Source: Bryobacterales bacterium
GTDB taxonomy: Bacteria > Acidobacteriota > Terriglobia > Bryobacterales > UBA6623
Length of the DNA: 64,000 nt
Direction: 5' to 3'
NCBI GenBank assembly: GCA_965205085.1
Contig: OZ242039.1
Span: 2,981,911 to 3,045,910 of the forward strand
The notes under the pieces are model-generated. The model saw only the letters and a list, made by a program, of their open reading frames with translations. It was not told the DNA's origin and did no database searches. Shown piece by piece: positions 17,771 through 30,047 of this stretch. Numbering within the stretch: position 1 is the stretch's first letter; every line of letters begins with the position of its first letter. A program made the translations under genes and the position numbers.

Positions 17771-19394
17771 ATGCGACCATATCGCGAGATTCCGGGCCGT
17801 GCAACCCGGGGGACCGCGCTCGCTTTCCGGCAGACACGTTTGGCGCTGGTTGCCGGCAGCATCGCAGCCGGCATCGCGGGCGGCCATCCGTTGGCCGCTG
17901 AATCGCACCGACCGAACCTCCTGCTGATCTATACCGATGATCAGGGCTATGGGGACGTGAGCGCCCTGAACCCCGAATCGAAGTTCCAAACCCCCCATCT
18001 GGACCGACTGGTTCGGGAGGGTATGGCCTTCACCGACGCGCACTCCGCCGACACCGTGTGCACTCCGTCCCGATATGGCCTGCTGACCGGCCGCTACAGC
18101 TGGCGGACCCGCCTGAAGCGGGGCGTGATGGAGGCCGAAGGCAAGGGCCTCATCGCCCCCGGCCGGACCACACTGGCCTCTTTCCTGCGAGATTCCGGCT
18201 ATCAGACGGCGATGGTCGGCAAGTGGCACCTGGGCATGACGTTTCACGGGACAAAGGGGAACCGCGACTGGTCCCAACCGGTGGTCGACGGTCCGGTCGA
18301 CAAGGGTTTCGACTACTTCTACGGGATGCCGGCATCGATGAACTACGGAGTCCTCACCTACATTCGAAACCGTCGAATCCTTGATCCCCCAACCCTGTGG
18401 ACGCGCAAGAAACCGAACGATGTCGCCCTCTCCGATTACCGGATCACCCCTCCGTACGAGACATCGAGAACCGGTGGAGATCTGGAGGTCGCACCAGGCT
18501 TTGACGACCGGGCAGTCCTGACGATCCTCACTCAACATGCCGTCCGATGGATCGAGGATTTCGCCGCAGGCGAGAATGATGAGCGTTTCTTTCTCTTCAT
18601 CTCCTACACCTCACCCCACAAGCCCGTGATCCCGGTGAAGCAGTTTCAGGGGTTGTCCGGTGCGGGAGCGTACGGCGATTTCATGATGGAGACCGATGCT
18701 CACATAGGGAACCTGCTCGCGGCACTGGACCAGAACGACCTGACCCGGGACACGCTGGTGCTCGTCACGAGCGACAACGGTCCGGAGACAACCTACCGGG
18801 AACGGTTGAAGCGGTACGGTCACGCGAGCGCGGGCGGGTTGCGGGGCGGCAAACGCGACCTGTATGAGGGTGGACATCGGGTGCCGTTCGTCGTGCGGTG
18901 GCCGGCTGTCGTGCCAGCCGGGCAGCGTCCTCGCGACCTCGTATGTCAGACGGACGTAATCGCAACCATGGCGGACATGCTGAATCGCCGCCTCGGTCAC
19001 GACGAAGGTGAGGACAGCGTGAGTTTCCTGCCCGTGCTTGAGGGTGCACGCCGGCGGGAGCGTGCACCGGTAATCCATCACTCCGCCAGCGGCTACTTCG
19101 CGATCCGTGCCGGGCAATGGAAGCTCAACATGATCCGGGGTTCCGGTGGAAGCCTCGCCCCGCGCCGAGCCGGAGGCCGGCGAACCGCAGTTCGAGCTCT
19201 ACGACCTGGAGGCGGACCTGGCCGAAACCCGGAACCTCGCTGCTCGAAGACCGGCCATCGTCGCCCGGTTGCAGGACGAGATCACGCGGATCGTTTCCGA
19301 CGGGCGGACCATGACAGGCCCGCCGGCTCGCAATGACGGGCCCCGGTGGTGGCCAGAGTTGACCTGGCTGGACCGGCAGGCCGCCGAGCGCTAG
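17771..19394 (+). pseudogene. Arylsulfatase-family (sulfatase) gene with an apparent 1-nt frameshift near 19145-19160
   Basis: PNLLLIYTDDQGYGDV...CTPSRYGLLTGRY (CxPxR). After RGSGG the frame degenerates, while the +1 frame (ORF 19146-19394) reads EPQFELYDLEADLAETRNLAARRPAIVARL, the canonical sulfatase C-terminus. Confidence 0.75.
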
Positions 19395-19877
19395 CGGGCT
19401 GGCGTCGACGAAGGTGTCGGCGGCGGCCCCCCTGCGACGGCCCCTCCACATGCCGTATCATCGGAGAACAAGGGCCAACTCGGCCGGTTGCCGTGAGCGT
19501 CCCGGCCCCACGCAGTGGCCCTTGACTTGGCCCCGAAATGGAATTCACAGAGCGGGCACAGCCGCGCCTTGCGGCTCCGTTACGGCCAGACTGGGCCCCA
19601 CGGCCTGTACACTGAGCATTCCTTGGCCCCTTTGGGTGGGAGAGTGGCCGGGACGGCTGACCGGATACGTGCTGAAGACAATCAGGCTGTGTGGACCGGA
19701 ACGATGGGCGCGGAGTTGGCGCTTCCCGGCCGGGAGATGCGCAAGGCCGCCGGTCTGCGCCCGTCACCTCAGGATCTTGGGGAACCAGCCGCCACTCTCC
19801 GGGAACCCTGGCGGGCCAATCCTTCGCAGGACAGTTCGACATCCATGGTTTCTCGAATCACATTGTCGACCTTGAAC

Positions 19878-20870
19878 ATGGGTGAGCGCCCGGCGCCCGG
19901 CGACTCCTGTCGTGCCGAGGGGCCCTCTGCATGCCTGGTCGTGGTGGGGCCCACCGCATCAGGCAAGAGCGATCTGGCGATACGGCTCGCCGAACGTCTT
20001 GGGGGCGAGATTGTCAGTTTCGATTCGATTCAGGCCTACCGGCACTTCGATATCGGAAGCGCCAAGACGCCGGTAGGCCAGCGGCGCGGCGTCCCCCACC
20101 ACCTGCTGGACCACGTCGCGCCGGATCAGGGCTACTCCGCTGGCGAGTTTGCCCGTGACGCCAGAACTGTCCTGGATCGACTGAAATCCAGAGGCATTCT
20201 TCCGGTACTGGCAGGAGGAACCGGGCTCTATCTCGAAGCCCTGCTCAGGGGGCTCTTCGAGGGCCCGACAGAAGATCCGCTGCTTCGTCAGCGGCTTAGG
20301 CACCGAGCTGTCAATCGACCGGACGGATACCTCTGGCGGATTCTGGCGAGGGTCGATGCAGAATCGGCCGCGAGACTCCACGCGAACGATACTCCGAAGA
20401 TCATCCGGGCAATCGAGGTTAGCCTGCTAGGAGGTCGGCCCATGGCCGAACAATGGCGCGACCCGAGGAAGCCTCTCGACGGATTCGATGTCCTGTGCCT
20501 TGGCCTGACCCCACCGCGGGAAGCGCTGTACGAACGCATCAAGGTCCGCACCCGACGGATGTTTGCCGATGGACTGGCCGAGGAGACACGTCAGCTCCTT
20601 GGTGAGGGAGTACCGAGAACGGCGAGGCCCTTCGGGGCCTTGGGCTATGCACAATGTGTGTGCTACGTGGATGGCCAGTGCAGCCTCGAGGAGGCCGTGG
20701 AGTCGGCTGTCGTCGAGACGCGGCGGTATGCAAAACGCCAACTCACGTGGTTTCGGAACAGGTTGCCGGAAGCCCGGTGGTGGAACGGCTTCGGGGATAC
20801 CGAGGAGGCCTTCGGTTGGGCGGAGACCGAGTTCCGGAAGGGCTTTCCGTACCGGCAGGAGGGCGACTAG
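19878..20870 (+). CDS. miaA: tRNA dimethylallyltransferase
   Basis: VVVGPTASGKSDLAIRLAERLGGEIVSFDSIQAYRHFDIGSAKTP. ATG at 19878 gives about 330 aa. Confidence 0.9.
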   Translation: MGERPAPGDSCRAEGPSACLVVVGPTASGKSDLAIRLAERLGGEIVSFDSIQAYRHFDIGSAKTPVGQRRGVPHHLLDHVAPDQGYSAGEFARDARTVLDRLKSRGILPVLAGGTGLYLEALLRGLFEGPTEDPLLRQRLRHRAVNRPDGYLWRILARVDAESAARLHANDTPKIIRAIEVSLLGGRPMAEQWRDPRKPLDGFDVLCLGLTPPREALYERIKVRTRRMFADGLAEETRQLLGEGVPRTARPFGALGYAQCVCYVDGQCSLEEAVESAVVETRRYAKRQLTWFRNRLPEARWWNGFGDTEEAFGWAETEFRKGFPYRQEGD

Positions 20871-20871
20871 G

Positions 20872-21717
20872 GTGCAAGACGGACCGAGAAGCGCGCTCAT
20901 TCTTGGCTGCGGGTTCACCGGCACCAGGGTCGCACGCCTCCTCCTCGATGGGGGCTGGAGCGTTACCGCCACAACCCGGAATCCGCAGTCACTTGCGCAA
21001 TTGCAGACGTTGGGGGCGAGGATCGTGGCCTTCGACGCCGGTCTCGACGTCCGGGCCGGAGCATCCGCAGAGGGAGCCGTCGTGCTGCTGTCGGTCCCGA
21101 CTCTCCGGCTGGACGGGCGTCTTGAGGAGGTCACGCCGAAGGTGCTGGCGGAACTGGATGGACGTCCCGAGCACATCGTGTATCTCTCGACAACCGGTGT
21201 GTACGGGCGAACCGCCGTCGTGGACGAGTCCACGCCGGTGGCACCCGAGACAGAACGCCAGACGCTCCGGACGGCAGCCGAGAGTGCGGTTCAATCTATG
21301 CCCTGTGGCTCGCTGGTGTTGCGGCCAGCCGCGATCTACGGACCGCACCGCGGTGTGCACGAGAGCATGCGCAGCGGCCGGTTTCGACTTGCCGCCGGGT
21401 CCCCGAAACCGGTCTCGCGAATCCACGTCGACGATCTGGCGGTGATCGTGGCGACTGCGATGACAAGCCAGCTGAAGGGAGCGTTTCCTGTCGCCGACCG
21501 CCGGCCGGCCTCCTCCGAAGAGGTAGCCAGGTTCTGCGCGGACCTGCTGGAGGTTCCCGTGCCGGCGCGGGTCGAGGCCGGGCATCTGGCCGAGACCCGA
21601 CAGGCTGGCCGAAGTGTCGACGGGAAAGCGGTCCTGGAGACGCTGGGTCTGGACCTGCGCTACCCGACGTTCCGCGAAGGCATTCCGGCAAGCATCCTGG
21701 CCGAGCGGATGGCATGA
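20872..21717 (+). CDS. NAD(P)-binding SDR/epimerase-family protein
   Basis: GTG 20872 directly after the miaA stop. ALILGCGFTGTRVARLLLDGGWSV Rossmann motif. Confidence 0.65.
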   Translation: MQDGPRSALILGCGFTGTRVARLLLDGGWSVTATTRNPQSLAQLQTLGARIVAFDAGLDVRAGASAEGAVVLLSVPTLRLDGRLEEVTPKVLAELDGRPEHIVYLSTTGVYGRTAVVDESTPVAPETERQTLRTAAESAVQSMPCGSLVLRPAAIYGPHRGVHESMRSGRFRLAAGSPKPVSRIHVDDLAVIVATAMTSQLKGAFPVADRRPASSEEVARFCADLLEVPVPARVEAGHLAETRQAGRSVDGKAVLETLGLDLRYPTFREGIPASILAERMA

Positions 21718-21907
21718 CCGGCAATCGATTGCCGCACCGGCGCGGGTCGAGGCTCCCCCGGAGCGATAACTCGGGATTGGCGCGAACGGGTGAGACCCTG
21801 GAGAACGCCGCGGGGCAGGGCGGCTTGGCGGTCTTCCCTGTCCGCGTTCCGACAGACCACAACGGGTACCGGTTCCGACATCTGCGTGTCCCCGGGACCT
21901 GCCCTGG

Positions 21908-22513
21908 TCAGGGTGATTTCCCGCCTGTGGCGATCAGACGGTGGACATGCTTGGCCAGCATGTCGCATTCGACATTGACGACGTCGCCCGACCGGAGAGT
22001 GCGGAGCGCCGTGACCTCGTAGGTATGGGGGATGATCGCAACGCCAAGAGTGGAACCGTCAAGCGTCGCGATGGTCAGGCTGATGCCGTCGATCGCGACA
22101 CTGCCCTTGTAGACGAGAAACTTCAGGAGATCGGCGGGAATGGTCACGGAAAGCCACCAGTTTCCGTCGCCAACGGCGTCGAGGGCACTGACCTTTCCCG
22201 TTCCATCCACGTGTCCCAGAACGAAATGCCCACTCAGGCGGCTGGTCGGCAGCAGCGGCCGCTCCAGGTTGACGAGGGCACCGGGATGCAGTCGGCCGAG
22301 ATTGGTGCGGACCAGGGTCTCGGGGGAGAGGTCAGCAGCGAACGACCCCGGCCCGACTTCAATTGCCGTCAGGCAGCACCCGTTGACGGCGACACTGCCC
22401 CCTGGCGCCAGATCCCCGAGCACCCGGTTGGCCGCAATCACCAGCCGTCCTCCGGCACTCGAAACCGAGAGTTCCAGAACGCTGCCGGTCTCCTCCACGA
22501 TGCCGGTAAACAT
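21908..22513 (-). CDS. ribE: Riboflavin synthase
   Basis: MFTGIVEETGSV...GDSVAVNG-type repeats, 201 aa. Confidence 0.9.
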   Translation of the reverse strand: MFTGIVEETGSVLELSVSSAGGRLVIAANRVLGDLAPGGSVAVNGCCLTAIEVGPGSFAADLSPETLVRTNLGRLHPGALVNLERPLLPTSRLSGHFVLGHVDGTGKVSALDAVGDGNWWLSVTIPADLLKFLVYKGSVAIDGISLTIATLDGSTLGVAIIPHTYEVTALRTLRSGDVVNVECDMLAKHVHRLIATGGKSP

Positions 22514-22543
22514 CTCGCCTCCCCCGCCGCGGTCCGGTCCCGT

Positions 22544-23674
22544 TCAGCCGGCCGAAGCCGGCTCCTTGACGACCTCGGCCTCGACGGCGAACTCGTCGGT
22601 GGCCACCATATAGGTTCGAAGGTTGCGCAACTGCATGGCTCCCGCACGGGAACTGCGTCCGGGGCCTCCGACCATGGGCACGGCCCTGTTACCGCCCAGA
22701 ATCTTGGGTGCATAGTACAAGAGCACCTTGTCGGCAACCCCGGCCTCCAGCATCGACCAGTTCAGGATGGCACCTCCCTCCACCATCAGCGAGACGATCT
22801 GGCGCGAGCCGAGCCAATCGAGGAGGCTCTCCAGGTCGACCCGCCCGGGAGGCAGGTTGAACGTCTCGACGGGTATCTTGCGCGTAGCAAGGATCGTGCG
22901 CTTCTCGTTGGGAGCAACCGCCGACGTGGCGACAAGCAGGTCGTCCCGGAAAGACTTGACGAGACGTGACTTCAGCGGCAGTCTCAACTGCGAGTCCGCG
23001 ACGATTCGAAGGAGGCGCCTCCGTCGGGGCAGGCCTGTCCGGTCTGTCAGGAGGCAATCGTCGGTCAGCACCGTACCGATGCCGGTCATGATGGCGTCGT
23101 GCCGATGCCGGACGGACTGCACGTGCTGCCGGGCGACTGCGCTCGTGATCCACCCTCGATTATCATCCGGTGCGGCAATCTTGCCGTCAAGAGTGAGGGC
23201 CGTCTTGAGGGTGACGAGCGGTCGGCCGGTTCGGGCGAAGTGAAAGAACGGCTCGTTGATTCTGGCGGCCTCCTCCTCAAGAGCCCCCTTCGCCTCCTCG
23301 ACGGACAGGCCGGCCTTGCGCAGTGCGGCGAGCCCCGATCCGTCAACGGACGGATTCCTGTCGCGCGTAGCCACAACCACTCTGGCGATACCGGCTTCGA
23401 CCAACGCCTCGACACAGGGAGGGGTGCGGCCACGGATACTGCAAGGCTCGAGGGAGACATACATCGTGGCGTCGCGAGCGAGGCCGCCGGCCTGCTCGAG
23501 TGCCAGCACTTCCGCGTGTTTCCTGCCGGCGTAGGTGTACGTCCCCTCACCGGCCTTGCGCCCCCCCCCTTCCACGACGACGGCTCCGACCTGGGGGTTC
23601 GGGCTCGCCAGGGCATCCCCCTTGCGGGCCAGGGCCAGGGCCTCGCCAAGCCAGCGCTGATCGGTCTCCCTCAT
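22544..23674 (-). CDS. ribD: Bifunctional riboflavin biosynthesis deaminase/reductase
   Basis: HAEVLALEQAG...PCSIRGRTPPC deaminase zinc motif plus C-terminal reductase domain. ATGA overlap with ftsY. Confidence 0.9.
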   Translation of the reverse strand: MRETDQRWLGEALALARKGDALASPNPQVGAVVVEGGGRKAGEGTYTYAGRKHAEVLALEQAGGLARDATMYVSLEPCSIRGRTPPCVEALVEAGIARVVVATRDRNPSVDGSGLAALRKAGLSVEEAKGALEEEAARINEPFFHFARTGRPLVTLKTALTLDGKIAAPDDNRGWITSAVARQHVQSVRHRHDAIMTGIGTVLTDDCLLTDRTGLPRRRRLLRIVADSQLRLPLKSRLVKSFRDDLLVATSAVAPNEKRTILATRKIPVETFNLPPGRVDLESLLDWLGSRQIVSLMVEGGAILNWSMLEAGVADKVLLYYAPKILGGNRAVPMVGGPGRSSRAGAMQLRNLRTYMVATDEFAVEAEVVKEPASAG

Positions 23675-24636
23675 GCCGTGGACCGGCCCTCGAACAGCGA
23701 CCTCACGAACAGGTTGGCGTCAAACGCTACGAGATCCTCGGCCCGCTCCCCCACTCCCACCCAGCGAATCGGCAATCCGAGTTCCCGGGCGATCGCCACG
23801 ACGATGCCCCCCTTGGCCGTACCGTCAAGCTTCGCCAGAACCAGCCCTGTAACACCGGCTGTAGCCGTGAACTGGCGGGCCTGCTCGAGTCCGTTCTGTC
23901 CGGTAACCGCATCGACAACCAGCAGCACCTGATGGGGAGCTCCAGGTACGAGTCGGCCCGCCGTGCGCCGGATCTTCTGAAGTTCGGCCATCAGCCCAGC
24001 CTTGTTATGCAGTCGACCGGCCGTGTCTACGAGAACGGCATCCACCGATCGGGCCTTCGCGGCCTCCAGTCCGTCGTAGAGGACTGCACTGGGATCCGCA
24101 CCCGCTTGCTGTCGGACAACAGGACAGTCGGCGCGGGAACCCCAAATCGCGAGCTGCTCGGCTGCTGCGGCGCGAAACGTGTCGGCAGCGCACAGGAGGA
24201 CCCGGCGGCCGTCCTGCCGAAAGCGACTCGCCAGCTTGCCGATCGTGGTAGTCTTGCCGACGCCGTTCACCCCCACGACCAGGATGACTTCCGGGCCTTG
24301 CCCGGCAGGCGGGGCACCGCGATCGTTGCCGGTACAGTCCAGAATCTCAAGCATCTTGCGTGCGATGAGCTCCTGGACGGCGGCACTGTCCCGAACCTGG
24401 TCGCGGCGCAGCCCGAGTCGGATGTCCGCCAGAATTTCGCTGGTTGTGCGGACGCCAAGATCGGCCGCGATCAGCGTCATCTCGAGGTCGTCCAGCAGCT
24501 CCGGATCGATCTCGCGACGCCCCTCGAACACCTCCCCCAGCTGCTCGACAAGGGCTGCGCGGGATTTCGAAACGGCGCGGCGAAACCTCCGAAAGAGACC
24601 GGCCTCCTCGGGAGGACTGTCAAACAGGGTCTGCAT
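23671..24636 (-). CDS. ftsY: Signal recognition particle receptor
   Basis: VILVVGVNGVGKTTTIGKLA, DTAGRLH, LAKLDGTAKGG. Confidence 0.9.
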   Translation of the reverse strand: MQTLFDSPPEEAGLFRRFRRAVSKSRAALVEQLGEVFEGRREIDPELLDDLEMTLIAADLGVRTTSEILADIRLGLRRDQVRDSAAVQELIARKMLEILDCTGNDRGAPPAGQGPEVILVVGVNGVGKTTTIGKLASRFRQDGRRVLLCAADTFRAAAAEQLAIWGSRADCPVVRQQAGADPSAVLYDGLEAAKARSVDAVLVDTAGRLHNKAGLMAELQKIRRTAGRLVPGAPHQVLLVVDAVTGQNGLEQARQFTATAGVTGLVLAKLDGTAKGGIVVAIARELGLPIRWVGVGERAEDLVAFDANLFVRSLFEGRSTA

Positions 24637-24720
24637 CTTGTCGGCAACGGGCTAAGTGCCCGAAGCAACGATGATATCAGCCGCCCCGGAGGGTAGGGCT
24701 GCGGAACGGCCGCCGGCCAC

Positions 24721-25134
24721 TCAGGACTGTACGGACACCCAGACGGGACTGGACCGGGCGAGTTCGCCGTCTTGCTGCTCCAAGCGAACGTAGTACCAGT
24801 GCTCGCCGGGCGAGGCTTCCACGTCGCGATACTCGAACTCCTCTTCCTGTCGACCCGGGTCGGCCTGGAATATGTAGCCTGCGTCCCGGATCAGGTGGAT
24901 GGCTGCGATCGGAGCCGTTCCCCGGGCACGCACCCGGATGCGGGGCGGCTCAAGGGTGACGGTTTCTCCTCTCATGAAGGCGTCTCCGACTCGAAAGTTA
25001 AGCACGATGTTGTCGGTCGCACCGTACGTCCTGCGCTGGCGGATGCTGTCGTGGATCGCCTCGCGGATCGGGCCGGGGGTGGGCGCTACGCGAGAGCGAC
25101 AGCGGGATCGGGCCCGAAAAGGCGGCCGGACCAC
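24721..25134 (-). pseudogene. Probable 5'-truncated gene remnant abutting the IS30 remnant
   Basis: Only a C-terminal-looking 137-aa ORF with no plausible N-terminus. It is immediately adjacent to the IS30 fragment. Confidence 0.3.
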
Positions 25135-25209
25135 AGGAGCGCTGGCGGGCTGGGCCCGCCAGCTCGAGACGGGGAAGTGCGTCGGGGAGGGGCCGCGTTG
25201 CAGCCCTGA

Positions 25210-26177
25210 TCAGAGAGGACCGGGGGCCGGAGCTGCGGGTAGCAGGTCGATGCCGGCCGCAAGACAGTCGTCGCGGAAGACCTCATACGGGGTGCGGTAG
25301 CCCAGCACGTTGCGGGGGCGGTGGTTGAGCCGGTTGACGGCTTCCTGCAGCCGTTGCGGGTCGAGCGTGCGCAGGTTCTCGGTCTTGGGTACGAACTGGC
25401 GCAGGAGGCCGTTGGTATGTTCCTTGAGGCCCCGCTCGCAGGAGCGGTAGAGTTGGGCAAAGAAAATGTCGGTGTTAGGCACCTCTGCGGTCTGGAGGTG
25501 GCCGGCGAACTCCTTCCCGTTGTCGCAGGTCACGGACAGGACCAGGGCCGAGAAGGGCTGCAGCAGGTTCTGCATCGCGTCGCCCACCAAGGCGGCGGTA
25601 TTCCGTCTAACTGTCTGAACAAGCACGTACTTCAACTTCCGTTCCACCAGTGTGACAGCGGCTCCTTTATCGGCCTTGCCTAGGATCGTGTCGGCCTCCC
25701 AGTCCCCGCAGCGCTGCTTCGAGTCGAAGATCGCGGGGTGCTCGCCGATGTCCCTGCAGCCCGGGATGCAGCCGCGGCCGGCGCTGCCCCGGCTGGCCTT
25801 GCAGCGGCGCGGCTTGCCGCGCTGCCGCAGGTAGGTATACAGCGAGCCGCCCTGGGCGCGGTCCTGGCGAATCCGCTGGTAGAGCCACGAGAAGCTGACC
25901 GACACCGCTCCGACCCGCTTCAGGTAGCCGGCCACTTGCTCGGGGCTCCAGACGCGCTGGAGCCGGTCAGAGATGAGGTTCCAGATCGGCGGCTGGAGCT
26001 TGCGCGGGCCGGTGACGGCCCGCTGGCGCGCTCTCGAGCGAGTTGCTGGGCCTGCCAATGGTGATGGCCGGAGGGGCCGGCGTTGCGCTGGAGTTCGCAA
26101 CAGACGGTGGACTTGGGACGCTGGAGTGGAGCGGCGATGGCGGTGACCGAGAATTCCCGCTGGTGCAGATAGGCTAA
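25210..26177 (-). pseudogene. IS30-family transposase, 5'-truncated and frameshifted (IS remnant)
   Basis: WSPEQVAGYLKR...TCDNGKEFAGH...LNHRPRNVLGYRTPYEVF in ORF 25210-26100. The HTH part (REFSVTAIAAPLQRPKSTVCCELQRN) lies in another frame at 26100-26177 and starts right after a stop. Element ends not defined. Confidence 0.75.
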
Positions 26178-26309
26178 TCAGGACCTTAGGCCCCTCCGCC
26201 CGCTGTTGCGCTTCCTAGTGCAAGCGGCAAGATAATACCACAGAAATTCCCGTGTCCCCCGGCAGCATCGGCACCGTGCCTGCCTACGGGAACGTCGCGC
26301 AGAGTCGCT

Positions 26310-27434
26310 TCACTGGAGCCCCACCTCGACCCAGCGCCGCTCGGCAGCGGACCGCTCGACGGCCGAGAGCACCCGTTGGACGGCCAGACCGTCTTCGAAA
26401 GTTGGTAATGCAGACTCGCCGGTGTCCAATCCGATAAGAAAATCCGCAAGAGAACTTATGAAGGTGTGCTCGTAGCCGATGGGATGGCCGGACTTCCAAT
26501 AGTGCGGGTCGGCTGGCGGGCCCGGTGGCGGCGCAGGCATCCTTCGCCGACCTCGGAGGTCCGGTTCGTCCGCTGCATCCGCGTAGGTGAGAAAATTCAT
26601 GTCCTCGAAGTGAAACTCGACCATTCCGTGCTCCCCGTGGACTGCAAAGCCGTTCTCGTTCTGGTAGCCGGTCGCGAATCGGGTCGCCTCGAACGACCCG
26701 AGCGCTCCGCACCGGAAACGCGCCTGCAGCAGCACCGCATCATCAATGTCAATCGAGTACCTGTGACCCGGCCGGTCTGGATCGGGTTTCTCCGGCAGGA
26801 ATGTCTCGAACGTTGCGGACAGTTCGGCAATCGGCCCCAGCAACATCATGGAGGTATCGAGGAGATGCGAGTTGAGATCGCCGTTCACTCCGGACCCAGC
26901 CGTACTTCTGGCCATCTTCCAGTTCCGCGGGCGGCTCAGGTCCGGTCCCCACTGTTGGAGGTACGCCGCCCGATAGTGGTAGATGCGGCCCAGCCGGCCT
27001 TCGGCGATCAGGCGTCTGGCCAGTTCGACGGCGGGAACCCGGCGGTAGTTGAACCAGACGAAAGTCGGCACACGGGCAGCTGCCGCCACCATGGCCTCCG
27101 CCTCTTCGAGCGAATTCGCCAGCGGCTTTTCGCACAGCACCATCTTGCCGGTTTCCGCCGCAGCCATGGCAACGGGTGCGTGCAGGTGGTTGGGTGCACA
27201 AATATCGACCATGTCAATGTCCTTCCGCTCGACGACTCGGCGCCAGTCGGTCTCGGTTTCCTCCCAGCCCCACGCACCCGCAAGAGCCTCAAGTCCGGCA
27301 CGGCCCCGGCCACAGACCACACGCCGCCGGACTGCGGGAACGTCCGGAAAGAAGTGTCCGACCTGGGCGTAGGCGTTGCTGTGGGCCTTGCCCATGAAGC
27401 CGTAACCGATCATCGCAACATTGAGGGCAGACAT
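26310..27434 (-). CDS. Gfo/Idh/MocA-family oxidoreductase
   Basis: MSALNVAMIGYGFMGKAHSNAY N-terminal Rossmann motif. Confidence 0.85.
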   Translation of the reverse strand: MSALNVAMIGYGFMGKAHSNAYAQVGHFFPDVPAVRRRVVCGRGRAGLEALAGAWGWEETETDWRRVVERKDIDMVDICAPNHLHAPVAMAAAETGKMVLCEKPLANSLEEAEAMVAAAARVPTFVWFNYRRVPAVELARRLIAEGRLGRIYHYRAAYLQQWGPDLSRPRNWKMARSTAGSGVNGDLNSHLLDTSMMLLGPIAELSATFETFLPEKPDPDRPGHRYSIDIDDAVLLQARFRCGALGSFEATRFATGYQNENGFAVHGEHGMVEFHFEDMNFLTYADAADEPDLRGRRRMPAPPPGPPADPHYWKSGHPIGYEHTFISSLADFLIGLDTGESALPTFEDGLAVQRVLSAVERSAAERRWVEVGLQ

Positions 27435-27477
27435 AGTCGCAGAGCGTAGCACTCCGGGCCAGGCCCGGCACATGATG

Positions 27478-28971
<1,494 letters not shown>

Positions 28972-29037
28972 TTGTCGCGCAACGACGCCACCACTGACAA
29001 GCCCGACCGCAGCGGCCCGGGACACTACGCTGGAGAC

Positions 29038-29928
29038 ATGGCTCCGGTTGCGTGGAAGGTCTCCCTGCACGGCGGACACTCCGGGGAATTCTGCGAACAC
29101 GCAACCGGCACTCTCCGCCAGACCCTCGCGGCGGCGGTCGGGGCGGGATTCGGCACCTACGGCCTCTCCGAGCATGCGCCGCGGGCAGAGGCTCGTTTCC
29201 TCTATGCATCGGAACGGAAAAAGGGATATTCCGTCGATCTCCTCGAGCGCCGGTTCGAAGCCTATGCGACAGAGTCCCTGCGCCTACAGGCGGAATTCAG
29301 CGACCGCGTGTCCGTACTGCGGGGGTTCGAAACGGAGGCGGTCCCCACCAGCACCTATGCGGCGTTCATGCACAGCTTGCGGAATCGGTACGGATTCGAC
29401 TACACCGTCGGCTCCGTGCACCACGTCAATGAGATTCCTGTCGACGAGTCACCGGAACAGTTCCGGGCTTCCGCCGAGGCATCGGGCGGTCTCGAGGCGT
29501 TCTTCGAACAGTACTATGCGCTGGTCCGCAACATGATCCTCGACCTGCGCCCCGAGGTCGTCGCTCATCTCGACTTGCCGAAGCGGTTCGTCCCGCCCGG
29601 AACCGATCTCGGCACGAGCCGGATCCGGCGGGCAGCTGAATGTGCACTCGCCGCAGCGAAGGACTGTCAGTGCATCCTGGACCTGAACACGGCCGGGTGG
29701 CGCAAGGGTCTTGGTGAGCCCTATCCGGCTCCCTGGCTGGTTCAGATGGCAGCCGGTCACGGCCTTGAATTCTGTTTCGGTGACGACAGTCACGGACCCG
29801 AGCAGGTCGGCTTCGGACTCGACAGGGCCCGGAAGTACTTGCGCTCGAACGGAGTCCGCGCCGTAACGGTCCTCGCAAGACAGGGTCGGGGGCTGACCCG
29901 CCAGAGAATCCCTCTGCCAGCGAACTGA
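29038..29928 (+). CDS. PHP-domain histidinol-phosphatase (HisJ) family protein
   Basis: SLHGGHSGEFCEHA, GLSEHAPR, GSVHHV, VAHLDL. The upstream part of ORF 28138-29928 is antisense to the kinase and is rejected. Confidence 0.7.
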   Translation: MAPVAWKVSLHGGHSGEFCEHATGTLRQTLAAAVGAGFGTYGLSEHAPRAEARFLYASERKKGYSVDLLERRFEAYATESLRLQAEFSDRVSVLRGFETEAVPTSTYAAFMHSLRNRYGFDYTVGSVHHVNEIPVDESPEQFRASAEASGGLEAFFEQYYALVRNMILDLRPEVVAHLDLPKRFVPPGTDLGTSRIRRAAECALAAAKDCQCILDLNTAGWRKGLGEPYPAPWLVQMAAGHGLEFCFGDDSHGPEQVGFGLDRARKYLRSNGVRAVTVLARQGRGLTRQRIPLPAN

Positions 29929-30047
29929 CCCCTTGGGCGCATAGTACAATAGGGGTTGTATGCCTCACCAACGGGTGGGGCGTCACACGTGGGTTCCCGT
30001 TTGCGGTAGCGTATTCCCCGTCGCGGGACCCATTCGGAACTCGTTCC

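Noticed and set aside
19395-19877. A 480-bp gap upstream of miaA beginning GGGCTGGCGTCGACG, which superficially resembles a tmRNA 5' end.
   Set aside because: I could find no T-arm/CCA-type 3' end, no tag-peptide reading frame and no other tmRNA, 6S or RNase P signatures. Left uncalled.
23675-24720. Expected FMN (RFN) riboswitch upstream of ribD.
   Set aside because: ribD starts with an ATGA overlap inside the end of ftsY, so there is no leader. No RFN-like sequence was seen upstream of ftsY either.
25195-26195. Short similar sequences (CTGATCAG..GGACC and CTAATCAGGACC) at both sides of the IS30 remnant, as possible element ends.
   Set aside because: They are in direct rather than inverted orientation. 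One overlaps the transposase stop codon. Too short to distinguish from chance.
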